A stretch of 63,631 nucleotides of DNA, counting the filler, from Octopus bimaculoides (taxonomy: Eukaryota): the NCBI RefSeq assembly GCF_001194135.2. It is 4 parts of 2 records of this genome, joined end to end, with 100 filler letters (N's around TTAATTAATTAA, not from the genome) between each part and the next. Parts side by side here need not be neighbours in the genome. Positions count along the whole stretch, not along the records: positions 1 to 21,140 come from NC_068998.1; 3 more parts are not named here. One strand, 5' to 3'. Both the position numbers and the translations under genes were made by a program. Of this stretch, positions 1-12,008 are shown piece after piece; the stretch's first letter is position 1, and each line of letters opens with the position of its first letter. A model generated the notes under the pieces. It was not told the DNA's origin. It saw nothing but the letters and a program-made list of their open reading frames with translations, and made no database searches.

Positions 1-27
1 TATACATCATCATCATCACCATCATCA

Positions 28-320
28 TTATCATCATTGTTTAACGTCTGTTTTCCATGCTGGCATGGGTTGGACGATTTGATTGGGGACTGGCAGGCCA
101 GGAGGTTGCACTAGGCTCCAATCTGATCTGGCAGAGTTTCTACAGCTGGATGCCCTTCCTAATGCCAGACACTCCAAGGGTGTAGTGGGCGCTTTTTATG
201 TGCCACCGGCACAGGAGCCAGTCAGGCAGCACTGGCATCGGCCACGTTCAGATGGTGCTTTTTACATGCTTCCGGCACAGGAGCCAGTCGGGGCAGGGAG
301 GCTGGCATCGACCATGTTCG
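28..320 (-). mobile_element. SINE/LINE-tail repeat ending in (GAT)n. Other copies ~5553-5725(-), 6330-6545(+), 15600-15830(+), 17461-17605(+), 20130-20265(-), 25365-25555(+), 42590-42830(-)
   Basis: Shared motif aacccatgccagcatggaaaa..gacgttaaa(c/t)gatgatgat and gaagggcatccagctgtagaaac recur across these loci. Confidence 0.8.
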
Positions 321-854
321 GATGGTGCTTGTGTGTGTGTGTATACGTATATAAACATGTGAATGTATATTTGGATATACGTATACAAAATCATATATCT
401 ATATATATGTATGCGTATATATAAATGTATGTATATATATATATTTAAATGGATGTATATTTCCATATATATTCATATAGTCATTCACTCATTTGTTTAT
501 TTATTTAATTACTTATCTTTATAATTTCCAGGTGGCTGAGTCTCTGTGTCCACAATCTAGATAGAAACTTAATTGTTCATATCGTTTTGGCAAAATTCCA
601 GTTGTTTGTTTTCGCGGGCAAACGAATTGCTGTCTGTTAACGAGATATATGTTAATTTCAATGTTATGAGTTTTTCCTTCCTTCCTTTTCCTTCTTTCTT
701 TCTTTCTTTCTTTCTTTCTTTTTCCTTTCTTTTTTCTTTCTCTCTTTTGTTTCTTTGTTTGTTTCTTTTTTTTTATATATTTATTCATTTCTTTCTGCCT
801 GTGTATCTATCAACATTATCTATCTATGTATATCCTCTACCTATCCTTCTAATA

Positions 855-859
855 CTTTG

Positions 860-910
<51 letters not shown>

Positions 911-1035
911 GTCTGTCTGTCTGTCTCTTTGTTTGTCTATGTGTCTATCTCCCTCTCTCTCACTCTGTCTTTCTATTGATCCCTCTACTACTTTGTCCAT
1001 CTATCTATCTCTCTGTCTATCTATCTATCTCTCTG

Positions 1036-1090
<55 letters not shown>
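855..1090. repeat. (CTAT)n/(CTGT)n microsatellite, representative of dozens of (AT)n, (AC)n, (AG)n, (CAT)n, (AAT)n, (TACA)n, (ATAG)n, (CTAC)n arrays
   Basis: Directly visible; most N gaps are flanked by such arrays. Confidence 0.98.
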
Positions 1091-1092
<2 letters not shown>

Positions 1093-1684
1093 TTTCTTGT
1101 TATATTTCATGTCATATGTGAAAGGTACCAGCTTTTGGTGCTTCCGTTAAAACAAACATCTGTTTGTGTTAGTAGAATGTCTGTGGCAAAACAATATAAG
1201 ATTTTTCAAATCGAGTCGTGTTTCCAAAGCTTGCTCAGTGATTCGTGATGTGTATTTATTTATTGGCAAAATAAATGTATTCCGATTAAATGTTACAGCA
1301 GGGTCATAGAAATTAAATTCTTTTCTCTCACTCAGTTAAACTTGATTTGTCCAATGCTATTTGCTGATCAAATCATCGTTGTTGTTGAAACAAAAGTGAC
1401 GACTGTCTCGGTAAAACTAATTTCTGTATTTCTGTTCCACTGTCTGTCTGCTTTATTACCATTTAGTGCAGAAATGAAATAAAACGGTAAACATAAAAAA
1501 GAAAAGAAAAAAAAAAGAAAAAATAATTTAAGCTTCATTGTGGTTGTTCTCCTCACTAGAAATAGTAGCTAAATTACACTTGTTTTTAGTGGTTCTTGTC
1601 CCTTTTGGCTTCATGCTATTTTGAAAATCAAAGAAATTAGTGTCACATACCATATAAATAGCATAAGAGAGATAGAGGATAGAT

Positions 1685-1736
<52 letters not shown>

Positions 1737-1742
1737 TGATTA

Positions 1743-1775
<33 letters not shown>

Positions 1776-2575
1776 ACTTTAATGCTCCATCTGCTAAAAA
1801 TAGTAGCCCAAGTACACTCTTCTTTAACAGTTCTTATTTCTTTTCGCTTCATGTTACCCTGGAGCTCAAATAAATTCATGTCACTACAAAGACAGGAAAA
1901 AAAAAAAGAGAGGTTCATTGTTGTTGTTCCAATTGCTAAAAATAATAGCCAAGTATATATTAACCAATGCCTTTATCCACTATGCTATGTCCCTGGGCAG
2001 TGACAAAATAAATAATATTCGTATTTGTTCTGACATTTTTATGTTCTGAGTTCAAATCCTGCCAAGGTCTATTTTTGCCTCTCATCCTTTCCATCACCAT
2101 CAACCATTGGGTTACCATGACGCTTAAGTGACCAAAATTCTCCCTAAAGAGGACATCTTTGGATTACTTGTTTACAGCTAATACACCCCCCGCTTGTTGT
2201 TCATACATATATATTTATATATATAAGGTTGAGGAGGGTATTGGATTTAACCAAACCCCGGAGGATACAGGTAATACCGAGTAAGTGCTGATCGGTATAC
2301 AAACTAATCGGTATACAGCACTTACTCGGTATTACCTGCAAAATGGAATATATATACCTCTGCCACCTAAGCTATATCAACTTTCGTTCCAACATAGATT
2401 TCCGGATTATTCACACAAGGATTAATCTGCACGAATTTCTACACGGATATTTACCACTGGAATGAAACTACACTTCAAGTACTGTTCTCTCTTTTTTCAG
2501 CACATCACACTCTTTACCACTTCATACTAAAAATATCCGCCTATGGATATAATAATAGATAACTTTATTTTTCCT

Positions 2576-2624
2576 GTCTCCGATGAAGGGAAGTACTGGT
2601 TCTTCCCAGAAACAGCTGTAAGAC
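2576..2624 (+). ncRNA. Minimal hammerhead-like motif, U4C core variant
   Basis: gtct-CCGATGA-a-gggaag(tactggtt)cttccc-a-GAAA-cagctg-TA-agac. Stem I gtct/agac, 6-bp stem II, palindromic stem III ACAGCUGU, GUA triplet. Confidence 0.55.
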
Positions 2625-3203
2625 TCTATCCATAAAATTCTTCAACCTTACCTTTGCTCTCTTTATCCTTTTGTTTTTATATATTTACATATATATATNN
2701 NNNNNNNNNNNNNNNNNNNNNNNNNNNNNNNNNNNNNNNNNNNNNNNNNNNNNNNNNNNNNNNNNNNNNNNNNNNNNNNNNNNNNNNNNNNNNNNAAGAG
2801 GAATGACCAGCAAAAGTGGACTCCTATATGCTAGAAATAGATGCCGAAAGGAGTCCACTTTTGCTGGTCATTCCTCTTATTTTTGTATATAATATAATTT
2901 TAATCTTTGGATTTTTTTAATTTGCTAGACCACTGGTTTTAATTGATTAATATCAATTTCTACCCTTATTAATAAATTTTATATATATTTTACAATAGGC
3001 TTCTTTCAGTTTCCACCAACCAAATCCACTCACAAGGCTTTGGTCAGCCTGAGGCTATAGTAGAAGACACCTGCCCAAGGTGCCATGCAACAGGACTGAA
3101 CCCAGAATCATGTGACTGGGAAGCAAGCTTCTTACCACACAGCCACGCCCGCATCTATGAAAATTATAATTTTTTTTTTTCAGCAAAGCCTCACCATATT
3201 GTG

Positions 3204-3217
3204 GTAACCATAGTAAC
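3204..3217. promoter_or_regulatory. RFX X-box match in a CFAP221 intron
   Basis: GTAACC-AT-AGTAAC fits GTNRCC(N0-3)RGYAAC; lies 70 nt upstream of the exon at 3287. Confidence 0.4.
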
Positions 3218-3286
3218 TTAGTGGCTAACCTTTTATGAAAATGATGCAGTTTTTCTTTTTTTTCTTTCTTTATATTATATTGACAG

Positions 3287-3387
3287 GAAGAGGAGAACGT
3301 GATTGTGCCCATCCATGCTTATCCAGTGATGAAGAATGATTCTTTACCAGAAAGCTACACATTCCCTCCAACCCCCATTGGTGAACA
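3287..3387 (+). CDS. CFAP221: CFAP221/PCDP1 homolog, internal exon (phase 0 to 2)
   Basis: tgacag|GAA...GAACA|gtaagt. Translates [33 protein letters not shown](Q), matching recalled human CFAP221 [34 protein letters not shown]. 101 nt, phase fits next exon. Confidence 0.88.
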
Positions 3388-3672
3388 GTAAGTCAACAAC
3401 AATTTTTCACTGTTTACTTGTTGTTGTTGTTGCTGCTGTTGTTGTTTTTAGCTGGTGCTGCTGCGGTTGCCATTGTTGTTGTTGCTGCTGCGGTTGCCAT
3501 TGTTGTTGTTGTTGTTGTTGTTGTTGCTGATGTAACTGTTGTTATTCTTGCAGCTGCTGCTGCTGCTGCTGCGATTGTTGTTGTTGTTTCTGTTACTGCT
3601 TCATTTTCTTCTCTGTCTGTCTGCCTGTCTGCCTGCCTGTCTGTCTGTTTGCCTGTCTGTCTGTCTGCCTGA

Positions 3673-3711
<39 letters not shown>

Positions 3712-4737
3712 CCTCTCTCTCTCTCTCCCTCTGTCCCTCTCNNNNNNNNNNNNNNNNNNNNNNNNNNNNNNNNNNNNNNNNNNNNNNNNNNNNNNNNNNN
3801 NNNNNNNNNNNNNNNNNNNNNNNNNNNNNNNNNNNNNNNNNNNNNNNNNNNNNNNNNNNNNNNNNNNNNNNNNNNNNNNNNNNNNNNNNNNNNNNNNNNN
3901 NNNNNNNNNNNNNNNNNNNNNNNNNNNNNNNNNNNNNNNNNNNNNNNNNNNNNNNNNNNNNNNNNNNNNNNNNNNNNNNNNNNNNNNNNNNNNNNNNNNN
4001 NNNNNNNNNNNNNNNNNNNNNNNNNNNNNNNNNNNNNNNNNNNNNNNNNNNNNNNNNNNNNNNNNNNNNNNNNNNNNNNNNNNNNNNNNNNNNNNNNNNN
4101 NNNNNNNNNNNNNNNNNNNNNNNNNNNNNNNNNNNNNNNNNNNNNNNNNNNNNNNNNNNNNNNNNNNNNNNNNNNNNNNNNNNNNNNNNNNNNNNNNNNN
4201 NNNNNNNNNNNNNNNNNNNNNNNNNNNNNNNNNNNNNNNNNNNNNNNNNNNNNNNNNNNNNNNNNNNNNNNNNNNNNNNNCTGCTGTTATTGTTACAGAT
4301 GTTGTTTTCACCTTCAGAAATATTAACGGCAATGTGATTATCTCTTCTTGTTAATTAATTAAAATTCTTTTGAAGTTTTATGTTTTTTTTTTCTCCTCTC
4401 TGTGTGTGCGTGTCGGGTTCTTTTGAAAAATTTTTCTTTTTCTGTTTGATTCTTTTACTTTTCTTCTAAAATACATTATTATTTTATTTTTGTTTGTCTG
4501 TTTTATTCCGTTTCAATGCAACAAATTTCTAATTTCTTACACCTTTCTAGCCCCCTCTCCACCCCCAACTCTTTTCTTCTTTTTTTCTTTTTTCATTTTG
4601 TGCATTCAAAGTTTTCGATGTTTGGTTTGAGAAATCAGAACAAAAACTTTTTTTTTTACCCCACCAGAAAAGAGGTACGCAGTAACAACCATTGTCCTCA
4701 TCATATTCTACTTCTGCTTTGCCATCATCATCATCAG

Positions 4738-4782
<45 letters not shown>

Positions 4783-4829
4783 TATCATTAGCATCATCAT
4801 CATCTTCATCATCATCTTCATCATCGTCG

Positions 4830-4872
<43 letters not shown>

Positions 4873-4917
4873 AATCTTCCCCATCATCGTCTTTGCCATC
4901 ATCATCATCATCACAAC

Positions 4918-5138
4918 CACCTTTCTGCTATAGGCACAAGGCCTGAAATTTTTGGGGAGGGAGCTAGTTGATTACATTGACTCCAGTGCATAACTGGTAC
5001 TTATTTCATTGACCCCTCCCACCCCCAAAACAATGAAAGTTGACCTCAGAGGAATTTGAACTCAGAATGTAATGATGGGTGAAATATCGCTAAGCATTTC
5101 ACTTGCTGTGCTAATGATTCTGCCAGCTCGACACCTTA

Positions 5139-5140
<2 letters not shown>
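4918..5140 (-). mobile_element. tRNA-derived SINE. Related copies ~26690-26850(-), 32290-32395(-), 58225-58440(-)
   Basis: Minus-strand head gagctggcagaatc...gagttcaaattc (A/B-box-like) and body aataagtaccagt..cactgg.gtcgatgtaatcgact...aaatttcaggccttgtgcc shared between copies. Confidence 0.78.
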
Positions 5141-5199
<59 letters not shown>

Positions 5200-5281
5200 T
5201 AATAATAATAATAATGATAATAATAATGATAATAATAATAACAATACTTGTTCACATTTCTTTTGTTGTATTTTTCTGCAG

Positions 5282-5385
5282 GCAAGAAAAAACATTTAAT
5301 CTGTCTTCAGGTGTCCCAGTTGATTTTGAATTCAGGTTAGATTATCTGCAATCTAATCCAGCTTTCACAGTTTCACCAATGGAAG
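5282..5385 (+). CDS. CFAP221: CFAP221/PCDP1 homolog, internal exon (phase 2 to 1)
   Basis: tttttctgcag|G...ATGGAAG|gtacct. Translates QEKTFNLSSGVPVDFEFRLDYLQSNPAFTVSPME(G), versus recalled human [35 protein letters not shown] (ASH/Ig-like domain). Confidence 0.9.
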
Positions 5386-5730
5386 GTACCTTACTTAATC
5401 TTTCCCTTATATCTTTTTCTGCACCTCTACCATTGTTACTGCATTTATGTGTATCTAATCACATAGAAATTAAGCGACATCTGTTTCGTTGCTTAATTTA
5501 TTGGCTGCAACAGTGTTTGAGTTATTGGGCTAGTATCATTATTATCGTTATCATTGTTTAATGTCCATTTTCCATACTGGCATGGGTTGGACGGTTGGAC
5601 AGGAGTTGACCAACTGGAGAGCTGTTTAGGGTCCAATTATCTGTTTTGGCATGACTCCTATGGCTGGATACCTTCCCTAATGCCAATTACTTTTCGGAGT
5701 GTTGTGGGTACATTTTATGTCCCACCAACC

Positions 5731-5762
<32 letters not shown>

Positions 5763-5844
5763 CTTTATTTAAAAGCAGCAGAAATATAACAAAAAAAACG
5801 TTACTNNNNNNNNNNTAAAAGCAGCAGAAATATAACAAAAAAAA

Positions 5845-5880
5845 CGTTACTCTGAGTTTCACGTTCCCGTTCATCGGACA
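5845..5880 (-). ncRNA. Minimal hammerhead-like motif, U4C core variant, inside a fold-back
   Basis: Minus strand tgt-CCGATGA-acg(ggaa)cgt-GAAA-ctcagag-TA-acg; stem III ACUC-A-GAGU, GUA triplet. Confidence 0.55.
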
Positions 5881-6013
5881 AACGGGAACGTGAAACTCAG
5901 AGTAACGGTTTTTTTGTTATATTTCTGCTGCTTTTAAATAAAGCATATTACTCTACCTCTGGTATTTGAGTACTCTTTTTTCCACCTTGTTGCACATTTC
6001 ATGTGCTTACTCC

Positions 6014-6048
<35 letters not shown>

Positions 6049-6273
6049 AGATTCTTTTATTCTTTTACTTGTTTCAGTCACTTGATTATGGCCATGCTAG
6101 AGCACCGCCTTTAGTCGAACAAATTGACCCCAGGACTTATTCTTTGTAAGCATAGTACTTATTCTACCGGACTCTTTTGCTGGACCGCTAAGTGACGGAC
6201 ATGTAAACACACCAACATCGGTTGTCAAGTGATGGTGGGAGTACAAATACAGACACATAAATACATACATAAA

Positions 6274-6307
<34 letters not shown>

Positions 6308-6607
6308 CATACATATATACAGCTCTCTAGTCTTGCAAGTTATATGCCAACCTCACCAATGCTGGCACCATATAAAAAACGCCTAGAACACTCTGTAGAG
6401 TGGTTGGCATTAGGAAAGGCATCAGCTATAGAAAGTAAGCCATAGCAGACTTTTATGCACAACGCAGTCATCGACCTTGATAGATTTTGTTGAACTGTCC
6501 AACCCATGCCAGCATGAAAAGCAAATGTTGAATGATGATGATGGTAATAATGATGATAATGATGATGATGATGATAATATTTTCTTTTATTTAAAAAATT
6601 TTTTTAG

Positions 6608-6764
6608 GAATTATTCCTGGAAACGAAAAAGTGACATTCACAGTGACATTTGCACCAATCAGATTTGAAACATCCGTAATAAAACTGCAGTTAAGCATTT
6701 CCCAGTTCAATTTCAAACCACAGTTCTGCACCCTGTACGGCTCTTCAGTACCTGGACTTGAAAT
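6608..6764 (+). CDS. CFAP221: CFAP221/PCDP1 homolog, internal exon (phase 1 to 2)
   Basis: ttttttag|GA...GAAAT|gtaagt. Translates (G)IIPGNEKVTFTVTFAPIRFETSVIKLQLSISQFNFKPQFCTLYGSSVPGLE, versus recalled human [49 protein letters not shown]. Confidence 0.92.
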
Positions 6765-6779
6765 GTAAGTAGCTAATTA

Positions 6780-7490
6780 TATTGCTTCAACCACGGCCTC
6801 CAGACGACTTTGGAAGCTCGTGAAACTCTTCTAGACAGTCCTCCTTGTTTAAGTTGGTGAATGCTGCCATAATCCTTGCCTTCAGTTCATCTTTGGTGTT
6901 ACAAGGAGTTTTGTTCGTCTCTCGCTCAACTGTGCCCTACACATAATAATCAAGCGGGTTGCAGTGTGGGGAATTAGGTGGCCAGATGTTAGGGGTGGTG
7001 TGGTCGCAGAAATTGTCTGACAGTCATGACTGGGTTCTCCTGCTTGTGTGGCATGGCACAGAGTCCTGTTGCCAGACATAGGCTTCTTCCAGGAGCCACC
7101 CTCTTGACCCAGGGCAGCATTACCTCCTCCAGGCATTTCATATAGGCCTCCATGATGAGTGTGTAGCCGTGTGGGAAAATGAATGGAGGCATAACATTGC
7201 CATCACTAGTGATCACTCCAAATGCCATGATGTTCACTGGATGTTTGATTTTTATTACTCTCGGTACATGTTTTGGGGACACAGCAAGCTAACAGTTGTT
7301 CTGTGTGTTCACCATCTGTCCATACTGGAGCTTCCTGCTTGAATGCCAAACAGTATAGCATGTCATTTCCAAGTTTCTGGCAGAGTGAATTGCATCATGG
7401 TACTGTTTTTCTCACAGACAGTACCCAACTGGCCCTACTATACTGTGTAGTACACAAAATCAAAAACAAACAATGCACATGTGCGAAATT
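6780..7490 (-). mobile_element. Decayed Tc1/mariner transposase (maT/DD37D-like); second 3' fragment at ~40505-40700(+)
   Basis: Minus-strand frames give KHPVNIMAFGVITSDGNVMPPFIF, WQQDS, IWPPNSP, NPLDYYVW and TKDELKARIMAAFTNL with frameshifts. Confidence 0.85.
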
Positions 7491-7529
7491 AGAAATATAT
7501 AATGGCGACAATTTACCTATCGCAACTGA

Positions 7530-7575
<46 letters not shown>

Positions 7576-8766
7576 NNNNNNNNNNNNNNNNNNNNNNNNN
7601 NNNNNNNNNNNNNNNNNNNNNNNNNNNNNNNNNNNNNNNNNNNNNNNNNNNNNNNNNNNNNNNNNNNNNNNNNNNNNNNNNNNNNNNNNNNNNNNNNNNN
7701 NNNNNNNNNNNNNNNNNNNNNNNNNNNNNNNNNNNNNNNNNNNNNNNNNNNNNNNNNNNNNNNNNNNNNNNNNNNNNNNNNNNNNNNNNNNNNNNNNNNN
7801 NNNNNNNNNNNNNNNNNNNNNNNNNNNNNNNNNNNNNNNNNNNNNNNNNNNNNNNNNNNNNNNNNNNNNNNNNNNNNNNNNNNNNNNNNNNNNNNNNNNN
7901 NNNNNNNNNNNNNNNNNNNNNNNNNNNNNNNNNNNNNNNNNNNNNNNNNNNNNNNNNNNNNNNNNNNNNNNNNNNNNNNNNNNNNNNNNNNNNNNNNNNN
8001 NNNNNNNNNNNNNNNNNNNNNNNNNNNNNNNNNNNNNNNNNNNNNNNNNNNNNNNNNNNNNNNNNNNNNNNNNNNNNNNNNNNNNNNNNNNNNNNNNNNN
8101 NNNNNNNNNNNNNNNNNNNNNNNNNNNNNNNNNNNNNNNNNNNNNNNNNNNNNNNNNNNNNNNNNNNNNNNNNNNNNNNNNNNNNNNNNNNNNNNNNNNN
8201 NNNNNNNNNNNNNNNNNNNNNNNNNNNNNNNNNNNNNNNNNNNNNNNNNNNNNNNNNNNNNNNNNNNNNNNNNNNNNNNNNNNNNNNNNNNNNNNNNNNN
8301 NNNNNNNNNNNNNNNNNNNNNNNNNNNNNNNNNNNNNNNNNNNNNNNNNNNNNNNNNNNNNATAATCACACATGCAGTCACACCTACATGCATGCATACA
8401 TACATACATATGTACATACGTACATACATATGTACATACATACATACGTACATACAAATATATACGAGCATAAAAACATGCATGCACATACATGCATACA
8501 TACATATATACACACATACACATATGTATGCACATACATACATTTATACATGCACACATACATGTATACATACATACACACATTCATACATATATGAATA
8601 CATATACAAACATACATACATAGACACAAATACACATGCACACATACACACATACGTACATACATGCATACACACATACACACACACACATACATATATA
8701 CATACATACATGGATATACACTCTCACACACATATATATGTACACATACATATACACACAAACATG

Positions 8767-8808
<42 letters not shown>

Positions 8809-10208
8809 GAGCACTTATTTTAGCAAAACCAAATATGCAGATGGAAGAATCTGTGTGGGTGCATGTGTGTAGGCGTTTGTGTGTATGTATGTGTGCGTGT
8901 GTTTATGTGTGAAATCATTTATCACTCTATGCATGCGCCTCTCCCCCGCCCCCTCTGTCTGTCTGTATGTCTGTCTATCTCTCGTTCTGCACCAGTCTCA
9001 AGACATCTCCTCAGCATCACGTCGGAAGGAAGACATAAAACTACTCCGATTGATTTCCACAGAAGACCTAAGACTNNNNNNNNNNNNNNNNNNNNNNNNN
9101 NNNNNNNNNNNNNNNNNNNNNNNNNNNNNNNNNNNNNNNNNNNNNNNNNNNNNNNNNNNNNNNNNNNNNNNNNNNNNNNNNNNNNNNNNNNNNNNNNNNN
9201 NNNNNNNNNNNNNNNNNNNNNNNNNNNNNNNNNNNNNNNNNNNNNNNNNNNNNNNNNNNNNNNNNNNNNNNNNNNNNNNNNNNNNNNNNNNNNNNNNNNN
9301 NNNNNNNNNNNNNNNNNNNNNNNNNNNNNNNNNNNNNNNNNNNNNNNNNNNNNNNNNNNNNNNNNNNNNNNNNNNNNNNNNNNNNNNNNNNNNNNNNNNN
9401 NNNNNNNNNNNNNNNNNNNNNNNNNNNNNNNNNNNNNNNNNNNNNNNNNNNNNNNNNNNNNNNNNNNNNNNNNNNNNNNNNNNNNNNNNNNNNNNNNNNN
9501 NNNNNNNNNNNNNNNNNNNNNNNNNNNNNNNNNNNNNNNNNNNNNNNNNNNNNNNNNNNNNNNNNNNNNNNNNNNNNNNNNNNNNNNNNNNNNNNNNNNN
9601 NNNNNNNNNNNNNNNNNNNNNNNNNNNNNNNNNNNNNNNNNNNGTGGTGGTGGTAGTGGTGGTAGTGGTTGTGGTGTTGGTGGTGGTGGTGGTGGTGGTA
9701 GTAGTGATGGTACTATTAGCCTTGACAGTAGTGGTGGTGGTGGTAGTATTGGTGGTGACAGTAGTGGTGGTGGTGCTGCAATAGCAGATGGATGGAAAGC
9801 AGTGGTGGATATGTCTTGATGGTGGCGGTGGCAATGATGGTACTGATGGCACTGATAGTGACAGTTGCCGTGTTAGTTGTTCTTACTACAATGGTGGTGG
9901 TCATGGAAGTAGAGTCTGTTGCGATAGCAGTGTCGCAAGCGGGATGGCTGGCTGGCTGGCTGGCTGGATGGATGGATGGATGGATGGATGGATGGATGGG
10001 TGATAGTGGGTGATAGTGGGTAATGGTGGAGGTGTTGATGATGATCATAAATATTTGTGTTTTCTCTTAACAGTCATCTGAGCATTAATAAAATAATTAC
10101 TCTTTTGTTATGATTAGTTTTGTCTCTGGGTTTGTTTGTTTCATCCTTTTGCTTCCGTTTCTCTTCTATGTGTTGTTGTTGTTATTGTTGCTGCCAAATT
10201 GTAGGTCG

Positions 10209-10246
<38 letters not shown>

Positions 10247-11287
10247 TTGTGTGTGTGCTTCTTTCCTGTGTCTTATCATATTTTCTGTTTGAAGACATCA
10301 GTCGTGAAAATATAGAAATATAGATGGAGATCACTGGCCGACTGATGTGTTGCACTGCGTACACAGCTTCATTTTCAAGCGATTAATCTAGAAACAGAAC
10401 CAGATATGTTAACTTTTGCTTTGTTACATGTACAATGTCTTCAAAAACTATCGTCTGGATGAGTGTGTGTATGTGCATGTGTGTGTGTGATCGTTGTTGT
10501 TGTCATTTTGATGTCCACTTTTCCAATCGCTAGGTATTCTTTGCCCTGCGGCCAGACGTGTTTGTGTGGAAGGACATTTCTTACATCACGGTGACGCTCG
10601 TTTACAGCTTTTGTGCAACGTCAAGACAAGGACATACACACAAATATAGACAGACACACACACATACACAGACACGCACACATACATGTTTGTATTTTGA
10701 TAAGTGTTAATGTGTGTCTGTACCTCTCTCTCTTGTCTGTCCATCTGTCTCTCTCTCTCTATCTATCTGTCTGTCTGTCTGTCTGCCTGTCTGTCTGCCT
10801 GCCTGCCTGTCTGTCTGTCTGTCAGTCTATCTCTTTTTTAACCGCACGCGTTTACTACATACATACATACACACACACACACATTCTACATATGTAGGAA
10901 ATTCTGTCTGTGGAGTTGTTAGCTACCTCCTCCTACATCGCTTTATTGATTTTGAAGAAACTTGACATGTGAGTAGAACTCACGTCTGGAAACCTCATGG
11001 CATACTCAGATTGTTGAAAAAACTTCGATAATACGGTCCCTGGAAGGAATTCTTATATATGTCTAATATGTTTTGTTTTAAAAGCCAAGGGAAATAACCC
11101 ATTCGCCCCTAGAAGCGATGCTTATATATAGCTAAGGAAAATGAACTGCAAATGATGATGATGATGATGATGATGATAAATATGATGATGAAGAAGAACG
11201 TAAAAGAATAAGGATTTGGAATCTGAGCAGGTTACCTTATCACCGCTCAGATATAATCCAAATCTGACTAACCACATTAAATGATAG

Positions 11288-11338
11288 GAAACATAGAATT
11301 CTTCAAAATCAACAAATACATGGTGCTTTACTTGACAG
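11288..11338 (+). CDS. CFAP221: Tentative CFAP221 small exon (phase 2 to 2) in the poorly conserved linker
   Basis: Branch-point-like ctgactaac ~20 nt before tag|G; donor CAG|gtaaat. Open as (M)KHRILQNQQIHGALLD(R) in the phase required after exon 6608-6764. No recognisable homology. Confidence 0.45.
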
Positions 11339-11519
11339 GTAAATCTTGACTTTGCTTTATTAGATTCCATACAGTTTTTCCAGAGTATATATAATTAAGA
11401 CATCATAATGAAGAATGGAGAATTATACATCATCAGAATTTGTCTATTACAATATTATTGTCGTTAAATTCACATTAAATCAAGTCTGATTGTTTTCACT
11501 CTTATTGTTTGCCAAACAG

Positions 11520-11550
11520 GTGTCCGTTCTCCTGGTTGAGTCAGTTTAAT
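11520..11550 (+). CDS. CFAP221: Tentative CFAP221 micro-exon (phase 2 to 0)
   Basis: cttattgtttgccaaacag|G...AAT|gtgaat; (R)CPFSWLSQFN. The phase exactly bridges 11338 to the phase-0 exon at 15938. Supported only by splice signals and phase. Confidence 0.3.
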
Positions 11551-11847
11551 GTGAATTTAATGAGAATATTACTATAATAGACAAATTTTGAAGATGTATA
11601 ATTATCCATTCTTCTTTATGATGTGTGTGTGTGTATATATATATATATATGTACACATGCACACACACAGTGGGCTTCCAAACAATTTCCATCTACTATG
11701 TTCCACTCACAAATTATTGGTTGATCTGAAGCTGCAGAAGACACTTCTTTAAGGTTCTGTGCCTTAGGATTGGACCCTGTACCATAAGGTTGTGAAGCAT
11801 GCCACATGGCCATATATGCGTGCATGCAAGCACACACACAGGCACAT

Positions 11848-11888
<41 letters not shown>

Positions 11889-11976
11889 AACACACACACA
11901 AATAGATAAATAGATAGATAGATGATAGAGGGACAGATAGTTCGACAGATAGAAAGATAGACAGATAGATAAATAA

Positions 11977-12008
<32 letters not shown>

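Noticed and set aside
5298-5320. Minus-strand gacacCTGAAGA resembling the start of the hammerhead family
   Set aside because: It is the antisense of a CFAP221 coding exon, and no stem II-GAAA-stem III follows.
10898-10968. AG/GT-bounded segment open as EILSVELLATSSYIALLILKKLD
   Set aside because: Open only from phase 0; in the phase 2 required after exon 6608-6764 it hits a stop, and there is no homology.
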